Origin: Clostridia bacterium
GTDB lineage: Bacteria; Bacillota; Clostridia; Christensenellales; CAG-917
Reading direction: 5' to 3'
Assembly (NCBI GenBank): GCA_045613765.1
Contig: JAZLBO010000020.1
Coordinates: 5,193-69,192 of the forward strand
Length of the DNA: 64,000 nt
Shown: in pieces, positions 30,916 to 38,013 of the stretch
How positions within the stretch are numbered: position 1 is the stretch's first letter
Layout: each line of letters begins with the position of its first letter
Notes under the pieces: model-generated
The model's input: only the letters and a program-made list of their open reading frames with translations
The model's database searches: none
What the model was told of the DNA's origin: nothing
Position numbers and translations under genes: made by a program

Positions 30916-31404
30916 ATGACAAAAAATTGGAGCAACACTTTGATTGTTGCTTATTCTCATTTACCCAAAATCGTTAAAATTATCGATTCAAGGGTGGAAA
31001 ATCGCGTAAATTCAGGTTTTCAGAGCGTTCACTTGCAACGTGGCATGACAAATGAGCAATTATATGGTGAAATACTGCAATTAATTGGTGAAAAGCACAA
31101 AATGTACAACCTTTATCACATTGTAAACGACGGTCTTGACGAGATAAAAGACAACTGCCGTCTGCTCATTGAACTGCGCTATTTTCGTAAGAAAACTTGG
31201 AACGAGATCTCTCAAACTCACGGCATACCTATGCGCACTCTTCACCGTCGCATTGATGAGGCTTTGACAAGATTTCAAAAGGCGATTTCAAAAATGGGCT
31301 ATACTGAAGAATTTCTTGAAAAGGAATACGGCTCAATGAAATATATGGAAATACTCCACGAGTCCATTGACAAAGAAAAGTTTTCACCGTCCTTTGACAA
31401 CTGA
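30916..31404 (+). CDS. Small sigma-70 region-4-like / ArpU-like transcriptional regulator
   Basis: 162 aa with a GGAGGA RBS. The C-terminal half (LIELRYFRKKTWNEISQTHGIPMRTLHRRIDEALTRF) resembles the sigma-70 region 4.2 HTH. No region 2 is visible. Confidence 0.5.
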   Translation: MTKNWSNTLIVAYSHLPKIVKIIDSRVENRVNSGFQSVHLQRGMTNEQLYGEILQLIGEKHKMYNLYHIVNDGLDEIKDNCRLLIELRYFRKKTWNEISQTHGIPMRTLHRRIDEALTRFQKAISKMGYTEEFLEKEYGSMKYMEILHESIDKEKFSPSFDN

Positions 31405-31414
31405 ATATGTAAAA

Positions 31415-31446
31415 TAAAAAACGGCGAAAATCTCGCCGTTTTTTGT
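31415..31446. terminator. Bidirectional intrinsic terminator
   Basis: Stem ACGGCGA/TCGCCGT flanked by A6 and T6 runs, between convergent genes. Confidence 0.75.
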
Positions 31447-31460
31447 TTACAATTTAATGT

Positions 31461-31964
31461 TTATTGTTTGCCACCACAATGTGTACAGAAAGTTGAATCT
31501 GCATCAATCATTTGTCCGCAATGTTTGCAGAACTTTTGGGGATCTCCATCATCGTCAATTGGATGACTATTTGTTTGACCGTCCGTCCAACCCTCTTTGA
31601 TTGCTTTTGTTGTGGTTGTCACTGCCCCACCATAAATTTCTGCTTTAGTGGACGCAATATCTGTCAAATCGTCTTTGTTTTCTTGTTGCAGATACTTTTC
31701 TGTTTGAACGATCGTCTTATTGATTTGAGGTATAAATGCAAATACCGAGCCAAGAACACCAATAAACGTAACGAGTATGCCGGGTATAAGGCAGGCTACG
31801 TTGGGCCAAATTTCAGTTTCACCCATAAACTCTTCTTTGTCTCCAAGGACTGTGCAACTAAGCACAATGAGAGTTATGCCCAATGCAAGAAGAATTGGGG
31901 CTACTATCTTGAGTATTGTGAAGATTTTGGGTTTTTCAACTCTTTGATTGCTAATATTTGACAT
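31461..31964 (-). CDS. Membrane protein with two N-terminal TM helices and a C-terminal zinc ribbon
   Basis: 167 aa. Contains CKHCG...CTHCGGKQ. Paralog of the adjacent gene. Confidence 0.6.
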   Translation of the reverse strand: MSNISNQRVEKPKIFTILKIVAPILLALGITLIVLSCTVLGDKEEFMGETEIWPNVACLIPGILVTFIGVLGSVFAFIPQINKTIVQTEKYLQQENKDDLTDIASTKAEIYGGAVTTTTKAIKEGWTDGQTNSHPIDDDGDPQKFCKHCGQMIDADSTFCTHCGGKQ

Positions 31965-32004
31965 ATTAAATTTTACCCTCTTTATGATTTATTTAATTTA
32001 GACG

Positions 32005-32706
32005 TTATTGTTTGCCACCACAGTGATTGCAGAAATTTGAATTTGCGTCAATCTTTGCACCACAGTGTGCGCAAGTTTTGCCATCTCTGACTGCATCTTT
32101 GATTGAGGTCGCAACTGTTGCCACTGCATCACCAAGGACTTCTGCTCCTGTTGAAACAAAGTCCTTGATGTCATCTTTATGCTCTGCGACAACTTCTGTT
32201 GCTGTTTCAACACCAAAGCCGACTGCCTCTTTGCCAAGGTTCTTGATTTTATCCTTATTTTCTGCAACAATGCCTGTTGCTGTGTCAACACCAAGACCAA
32301 CTGCTTTTTTGCCAAGGTCTGCAATGCCTTCCTTGTGTTCATCAATGATTTCTGTTGTTGATTCAACACCGAAGTCCACCACTGATTTGCCAAGTTCTTT
32401 TGCATCTTTCTTTGTGCTATCCAAAACAAATCTGCCTGTCTTGACTGCAAGTTTGGGGATAAGGGGCAAGCATGAAAGGGCTGTGCCAATACAACCAATG
32501 ACTGTGAGGATGATGCCACCAATCAACGCAAAGCCATTGGGTTGTGTGCCAAAGTGTGTTGTTTCATAACCCAATACGGTGCAAGCAAGTGCAATAAGAG
32601 TGATGCCACTCACTGCCAACAAGATGCCAATTACTCTCAATACGATAAAAAAGATGGGCAATTTTGCCATTGTTGTTTTTTTGACGTTTGTATTGTTTTG
32701 TTCCAT
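32005..32706 (-). CDS. Paralogous membrane zinc-ribbon protein with internal 26-aa tandem repeats
   Basis: 233 aa. Same 2-TM N-terminus and CAHCG...CNHCGGKQ C-terminus as the neighbouring gene. Between them lie 3 to 4 repeats of the LGK.AV.FGV.TAT..VAE.KD.I type. Confidence 0.6.
   Translation of the reverse strand: MEQNNTNVKKTTMAKLPIFFIVLRVIGILLAVSGITLIALACTVLGYETTHFGTQPNGFALIGGIILTVIGCIGTALSCLPLIPKLAVKTGRFVLDSTKKDAKELGKSVVDFGVESTTEIIDEHKEGIADLGKKAVGLGVDTATGIVAENKDKIKNLGKEAVGFGVETATEVVAEHKDDIKDFVSTGAEVLGDAVATVATSIKDAVRDGKTCAHCGAKIDANSNFCNHCGGKQ
32089..32403 (-). repeat. In-frame tandem repeat of about 78 nt (26 aa), 3 to 4 copies, inside CDS 32005..32706
   Basis: Peptide units AKELGKSVVDFGVESTTEIIDEHKEGI, ADLGKKAVGLGVDTATGIVAENKDKI and KNLGKEAVGFGVETATEVVAEHKDDI, plus a degenerate fourth. 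Confidence 0.7.
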
Positions 32707-32762
32707 TTGATTTTCTCCTATTTTCTATGGGATATTTTTGTACTATCCCTTGTTTACAATCC

Positions 32763-32850
32763 TATTATATTCCTTATGTCACACAAAATAAATGACTGGA
32801 AAGTTAAAATAAACCACTCTATTTTGCACAAAAAGTAAAATAATAGGCAA
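32763..32850. repeat. Intergenic conserved module, copy A (paired with 55361-55449)
   Basis: Colinear blocks with spacing that is identical between the first three blocks, and 26 vs 27 nt to AGGCA: ATTATAT, then ACTGGA 31 nt later, then CTATTTTGC(A/G)CAAAAAGTAAAA 24 nt later, then AGGCA. Confidence 0.6.
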
Positions 32851-32888
32851 AATCCCACCTTTCACATTGAAAAATGGGATTTTTGTCG

Positions 32889-33602
32889 TTATCTATTTCT
32901 TATTGTAATTGAGAGATATTTGTCAACGTCATAGTGTTGCCAAAGACCGACTTCGGGGGGATATACCCTAAAAGTCATTTGTTGACCACCAACGGGGTGT
33001 GCAAATCTCAACTCGCTTGCCCAAAGGTGCAAAGGAAGTGAATATTTGTCGCCATTGCCGTATCTTCTGTCACCAACGATAGGGTTGCCCATTGTTGCCA
33101 TCTGAACACGGATTTGGTGTCCTCTGCCTGTGACAAGGTTGACTTGAACAAGACTTGTATTATCCTTGCTTTCAAGAAGTTTGTAGTCAAGTTCTGCATA
33201 CTTTGCCCCTTCGGTCAGTTGAGGGACAACTCTCACTGTGTTTTCTTGAGGGAACTTTTTAAGGAAACAAGTGAGTTTTTCACTGCGTTCTCTTGTTGTG
33301 CCTTCAAGGATGGCAAGATATTTCTTTTCAACTTCGCCATTGCGCAGTTGTTCACTAAGTCTTGATGCTGCCTTTGATGTCTTTGCAAAAACCATAACGC
33401 CACCAGTGGGTCTGTCAAGACGGTGGACAAGTCCAAGATATGCATCGCCAGGCTTGTTGTACTTTTCAACCAAATACTCTTTGAGCATTGTGAGAAGATC
33501 CTTGTCCCCACTTTCGTCTTCTTGGACAGGTATGTTCATAGGTTTTGCAACAACCAAAAGATGATTGTCTTCAAACAAAATGTCAATGTCTTTGTAGTTC
33601 AT
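32889..33602 (-). CDS. RluA-family pseudouridine synthase
   Basis: Contains HRLDRPTGG (catalytic Asp motif) and KKYLAI. I prefer the start at ATG 33602 (MNYKDIDILFED, GGAGAA RBS). The track ORF extends to 33773 and overlaps the upstream gene. Confidence 0.88.
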   Translation of the reverse strand: MNYKDIDILFEDNHLLVVAKPMNIPVQEDESGDKDLLTMLKEYLVEKYNKPGDAYLGLVHRLDRPTGGVMVFAKTSKAASRLSEQLRNGEVEKKYLAILEGTTRERSEKLTCFLKKFPQENTVRVVPQLTEGAKYAELDYKLLESKDNTSLVQVNLVTGRGHQIRVQMATMGNPIVGDRRYGNGDKYSLPLHLWASELRFAHPVGGQQMTFRVYPPEVGLWQHYDVDKYLSITIRNR

Positions 33603-33610
33603 AAGTTCTC

Positions 33611-34465
33611 CTAAAAGGTTGCAAAGGCTGTACATCCTTGGGGGAGCACAAGACCTTCGTCTGTGGGTATGCCGATTTCGTCGGCTTCTATCTTTGCCGT
33701 TGCAGGCAACGTGAGTTTGAGTATGTTTGCCATGACTGTGGGTTGAAGTCCCGTTGTATAACTGTTCAAGCACACAAACAAAGGTTTGTCACTGAGAAGT
33801 TCACTGATAAGTTCACAAAGTTCAGAGATGCCTTCTTCAATCTTCCACTTTTCTCCGTTTGGTCCACGGCCAAAACTTGGGGGATCAAGGATGATTGCGT
33901 CATACTTTCTTCCACGTCTTTTTTCTCTTTCGCAGAATTTGAAGCAATCGTCAATTATGTATCTCATACCTTGGCTTTCAAGACCTGACAATCTAAGATT
34001 GTCCCCTGCTCTTTCAACCATTGCTTTTGCCCCGTCAACGTGGCATACTTTTGCCCCTGCTTGTACACAAGCCACTGATGCTGCACCTGTGTAGCCAAAC
34101 AAGTTGAGCACAGAGATTTCTCTCCCTGCATTTTTGATGAGATCCATCATTCTTGACCAGTTGACTGCTTGCTCGGGAAACAAGCCTGTATGCTTGAAGC
34201 CCATAAGTTTCAACTTAAACTTCAAATCACGCCAACCAATGACAAAGTCATCAGGGACGGGTTTATTGTACTTCCAAAAGCCACCACCCGTTGAACTTCT
34301 TTCATAGATGGCAGTTATGCCTTGATATGAGCGAAGGGGCTTTTTGGCGTGCCAAATGACTTGAGGGTCGGGGCGCAACAATATAAGGTCGCCCCAACGT
34401 TCAAGTTTTTCTCCGTCACCGGTTGCAATGACTTGATAATCTTTCCAATCTGGTGCTAATAACAT
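33611..34465 (-). CDS. Class I SAM-dependent RNA methyltransferase (RlmI/RlmK-like)
   Basis: 284 aa. SAM-binding LNLFGYTGA and DPPSFGR motifs typical of the RlmI/YwbD family. Confidence 0.8.
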   Translation of the reverse strand: MLLAPDWKDYQVIATGDGEKLERWGDLILLRPDPQVIWHAKKPLRSYQGITAIYERSSTGGGFWKYNKPVPDDFVIGWRDLKFKLKLMGFKHTGLFPEQAVNWSRMMDLIKNAGREISVLNLFGYTGAASVACVQAGAKVCHVDGAKAMVERAGDNLRLSGLESQGMRYIIDDCFKFCEREKRRGRKYDAIILDPPSFGRGPNGEKWKIEEGISELCELISELLSDKPLFVCLNSYTTGLQPTVMANILKLTLPATAKIEADEIGIPTDEGLVLPQGCTAFATF

Positions 34466-34488
34466 AATTCACCGTTTTTAGTCTTTGA

Positions 34489-37400
34489 CTAAATCTTCTT
34501 CACTGACAACGTGACTTTGTCGCCATTTATGTCAAGTGCCTTTGTATATCCGTCAACTTCGGTTGAAATCTTATCGCAAAGGACGTCTGCCAAGAAACTG
34601 CCACTTTCAAGGACTTCAAGTGCAAGGCCTGTTGCCTCGTAGCCGATTGCGATATGGTCAACAACTTCAAAACCTGCCTCTTTGCGCATTGTTTGGATCT
34701 TGCTGACAAGTTCTCTTTCAACGCCTTCACGGATGAGTTCATCATTGAGTTCTGTGTCAAGGACAACTGTTGTTTCGCCGTCGCTTTCTGCAGAGAAACC
34801 TTCTCTATTTTGCACTGAAATCAAAACGTCATCTTCTGTGAGTTCGATTGTCTTGCCGTCAACATCTCTTGTAAAGACACCACCGTCTTTCACTGCAAGG
34901 ACGATTTCTTTGCCGTCATTTGCCATGATTTCACGGATCTTGCCAAGGAGTGCGCCATATTTGGGGCCCAATGTCTTGAGTTGGGGCTTGACAATGTATG
35001 TCACATAGTCTGCACTGCCGTCACTGATTTCAACTTCTTTGACGTTGAGTTCATCTTCAACAAGTGCTTTGAGTTCATCACTCAAATCGTTCTTGCCGTT
35101 GTAGATAAGTCTGGGCAAAGGTTGACGATTCTTGATATTTGCCTTGTTTCTTGCTGCTCTGCCAAGGACAACAACCTTCAACACGTCATCCATACCCTTT
35201 TCAAGTGCGCTGTCAATATACTTTTCGTCTGCTTCGGGGAAGGTGCAGAGATGTACGCTCAAAGGTGCGTTTTCGTCAAAGTTGCGCACAAGGTTTTGAT
35301 AGATATTTTCTGCCACGAAAGGCACGTAAGGTGCGATAATCTTTGACAAGGTTGCAAGGACTGTGTAGAGAGTTGTGTATGCTGCTTCCTTGTCGGGATT
35401 CATATCACTGCCCCAGAAACGTTCACGGCAACGACGGACGTACCAGTTGGAAAGATTGTCTGTGAATTCGGCAATCTTACGTGATGTTTCTGTGATCTTA
35501 TATTCGTTCAAACCTTCGTCAACAAACTTGATAAGGCTGTTGAGTTCGGACAAAATCCATCTGTCCATGACGCTCAATTTTTGGTCTTCAAGTTTATGTT
35601 CTGTGGGATTGAACTTGTCGATTTCGGCATACAATACGTAGAATGCGTAGGTATTCCACAATGTACCCATAAATTTACGTTGTGATTCGCTGACGTTATC
35701 TCCACTGAATCTTGAAGGCAACCAGGGTGCGCTTGCTGTGTAGAAATACCATCTTGTTGCATCTGCGCCTTGCTTGTCAAGGACTGACCAAGGATCAACC
35801 ACGTTGCCTTTGTGCTTTGACATCTTCACGCCGTCTTTGTCATTGACAAGGCCGAGAACGATACAGTTCTTGAAAGGTGCTTTGTCAAAGAGTACCGTTG
35901 AGATTGCAAGAAGTACGTAGAACCAACCACGTGTTTGGTCAACTGCTTCTGAGATGAAGTCTGCAGGGAATTCCTTCTCAAAGAGTTCCTTATTTTCAAA
36001 GGGATAGTGCCATTGTGCAAAGGGCATTGATCCACTGTCAAACCAACAGTCAAGGACTTCGGGTGTACGTTCAAAAGTGCCACCACATTCACAATCCCAC
36101 TTGACACCGTCAATGTAAGGTCTGTGAAGTTCAATATCGCTGTCAAGGTTGCCACACTTTCTCAGTTCTTCACGAGAGCCGATAACGTGGATCTTGCCAC
36201 ACTTGTTGCATACCCAGATGGGCAAAGGTGTGCCCCAATATCTTTCACGTGAGAAGCCCCAGTCAACAACGTTTTCAAGGAAGTTGCCCATACGGCCTGT
36301 GCCGATTGTTGAGGGCATCCAGTTGATTGATGCATTGTTTTTGAGAAGTTGGTCTTTGACTTCTGTCATCTTGATGAACCAACTTGAGCGTGCGTAGTAA
36401 AGCAAAGGTGTGTCACAGCGCCAGCAGAAAGGATAACTGTGTTCAAACATTTCTTCTTTGAACAACGTTCCGTTGGCTTTGAGCATACCAATGATGACTT
36501 TGTCTGCATCTTTGACAAACATACCTTCAAGGTCTTTTGCCTCGGGGATAAACTTGCCTCTTTCGTTGACCATTTGGACAAAAGGCAAATCATACTTTCT
36601 GCCAACTCTGCCGTCATCTTCACCAAATGCAGGTGCGATATGGACGATACCTGTGCCGTCTGTCAACGTGACGTAATCATCATTGACAACATAGTGTGCT
36701 TTCTTCTTTGCCCCTGTTTCATAGTTGAACAAAGGCTCGTATTCTGCATATTCATATTCCTTGCCTTTCTTGAGAGAAAGTCTTTCATAAGTGCCTTCTT
36801 CAAAGAGTTTTGCAACAAGTGCATCTGCAAGGATAAATCTTTCATCTTCCACTTTGATTTCTGCATAGTCTTCGTTTGCGTTCATACAAAGTGCAACGTT
36901 TGAAGGAAGTGTCCAAGGTGTTGTTGTCCAAGCAAGGAAATATCTGCCTTCTTCTCCCTTCAACTTGAATTTTGCATATACGGAAACTTCCTTCACGTCT
37001 TTGTAGCCTTGTGCCACTTCGTGTGATGAAAGTGCAGTTCCACAACGGGGACAATAGGGGACGATCTTGTAGCCTTTGTAGATAAGTCCTTTATCGTAGA
37101 TGGTCTTGAGTGCCCACCACACAGACTCAATGTAATTGTTGTCGTATGTGATGTAGGGTTCTTTCATATCTGCCCAGTAGCCGATACGGTCGGACATCTT
37201 TTCCCACTCGCTTGTATATTTCCACACAGATTCCTTACATTTTGCAATGAAGGGTTCTATGCCGTAGTTTTCAATTTCTTGCTTGCCGTCAATGCCGAGA
37301 AGTTTTTCAATTTCCAACTCAACGGGAAGTCCGTGTGTGTCCCAACCTGCTTTGCGAAGAACGTGATAGCCTTTCATGGTCTTGTAGCGAGGGATAATAT

Positions 37401-37596
37401 CCTTCATAACTCTTGTGAGAATATGACCAATGTGAGGTTTGCCGTTGGCTGTAGGGGGGCCATCATAAAAATTGAAGCCCTTTTTGCCTTCGTTGATTGC
37501 AACGCTCTTTTCAAAAACGTTGTTTTCCTTCCAGAAAGCAAGGACTTCCTTTTCTCTTTCAACAAAATTGAGATTTGTGTCAACTGGTTTGTACAT
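34489..37596 (-). CDS. ileS: Isoleucine--tRNA ligase (type 2, long form)
   Basis: 1035 aa. HIGH (PHIGH) and KMSKS (KMSKHKGN) motifs, a CP1 editing domain and a type-2 C-terminal extension. Confidence 0.97.
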   Translation of the reverse strand: MYKPVDTNLNFVEREKEVLAFWKENNVFEKSVAINEGKKGFNFYDGPPTANGKPHIGHILTRVMKDIIPRYKTMKGYHVLRKAGWDTHGLPVELEIEKLLGIDGKQEIENYGIEPFIAKCKESVWKYTSEWEKMSDRIGYWADMKEPYITYDNNYIESVWWALKTIYDKGLIYKGYKIVPYCPRCGTALSSHEVAQGYKDVKEVSVYAKFKLKGEEGRYFLAWTTTPWTLPSNVALCMNANEDYAEIKVEDERFILADALVAKLFEEGTYERLSLKKGKEYEYAEYEPLFNYETGAKKKAHYVVNDDYVTLTDGTGIVHIAPAFGEDDGRVGRKYDLPFVQMVNERGKFIPEAKDLEGMFVKDADKVIIGMLKANGTLFKEEMFEHSYPFCWRCDTPLLYYARSSWFIKMTEVKDQLLKNNASINWMPSTIGTGRMGNFLENVVDWGFSRERYWGTPLPIWVCNKCGKIHVIGSREELRKCGNLDSDIELHRPYIDGVKWDCECGGTFERTPEVLDCWFDSGSMPFAQWHYPFENKELFEKEFPADFISEAVDQTRGWFYVLLAISTVLFDKAPFKNCIVLGLVNDKDGVKMSKHKGNVVDPWSVLDKQGADATRWYFYTASAPWLPSRFSGDNVSESQRKFMGTLWNTYAFYVLYAEIDKFNPTEHKLEDQKLSVMDRWILSELNSLIKFVDEGLNEYKITETSRKIAEFTDNLSNWYVRRCRERFWGSDMNPDKEAAYTTLYTVLATLSKIIAPYVPFVAENIYQNLVRNFDENAPLSVHLCTFPEADEKYIDSALEKGMDDVLKVVVLGRAARNKANIKNRQPLPRLIYNGKNDLSDELKALVEDELNVKEVEISDGSADYVTYIVKPQLKTLGPKYGALLGKIREIMANDGKEIVLAVKDGGVFTRDVDGKTIELTEDDVLISVQNREGFSAESDGETTVVLDTELNDELIREGVERELVSKIQTMRKEAGFEVVDHIAIGYEATGLALEVLESGSFLADVLCDKISTEVDGYTKALDINGDKVTLSVKKI

Positions 37597-37644
37597 GTCT
37601 GTCTCTCCTGCACGTATGTGCGCGTTTTCTATATAATCGCAAAA

Positions 37645-37673
37645 ATTATATAATAGTTTATTAAATATTGCAA
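37645..37673 (-). promoter_or_regulatory. Sigma-A type promoter for ileS
   Basis: On the minus strand: TTGCAA (37673-37668), a 17-nt spacer and TATAAT (37650-37645). This leaves a leader of only about 40 nt before AGGAGAG and the ATG. Confidence 0.6.
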
Positions 37674-37729
37674 GTGAAAAATTAAAAACTAAAAAATTCC
37701 GTGCAAAAAGTAATGTAAATTTGAATTTT

Positions 37730-37850
37730 AAAAACTGTGATATTTAGATGCATGACGAGGAAAGAAAAAGCCCACGGATAGGCGCGTACTTGCCGTACGT
37801 AACTATTCGTGGGCTTGAACTTAACAAAGTCAGGCGCTAAATAGCAAACA
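37730..37850. repeat. Inverted-repeat-bounded structured element, copy 1
   Basis: Left end AAAAACTGTGATATTTAG and right end GCGCTAAATAGC. Central nested hairpin (CCCACGGA/TTCGTGGG around CGTAC-ttgcc-GTACG). On the minus strand the hairpin is followed by a T5 run. Confidence 0.65.
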
Positions 37851-37889
37851 CTAAACGTATTGCTGCTCTGAACATTTTTTAGGAACGCT

Positions 37890-38013
37890 TAAAAACTGCG
37901 ATATTTAGATGCATAGCAAGGAAGAAAAACCCACAGGGGTCGTGACATACTTGTCGTATGTGAGAATCCTGTGGGTTGTATCTGACGATGATAGGCGCTA
38001 AATAGCGCAGTTT
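37890..38013. repeat. Inverted-repeat-bounded structured element, copy 2
   Basis: Ends AAAAACTGCGATATTTAG and CTAAATAGCGCAGTTTTT are complementary at 17 of 18 positions. Central nested hairpin (CCCACAGG/CCTGTGGG around ACATAC-ttgtc-GTATGT). Copy offset is 161 nt. Confidence 0.7.

Noticed and set aside
37748-38001. Each tandem element contains a plus-strand ATG...TAA ORF of exactly 30 codons (37748-37840 and 37909-38001), both starting MH and ending RR.
   Set aside because: No Shine-Dalgarno sequence precedes either ATG. The two copies are related by a compensated 1-nt shift, so the shared nucleotides fall in different frames. Conservation follows base-pairing rather than codons. The equal length is explained by the conserved RNA/DNA structure.
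37597-38013. Tandem T-box or other attenuator leaders for ileS, because two terminator-like hairpins lie upstream on the same strand.
   Set aside because: No T-box consensus, specifier-loop architecture or antiterminator alternative is visible. The elements are too short (about 120 nt). A good promoter lies downstream of them.
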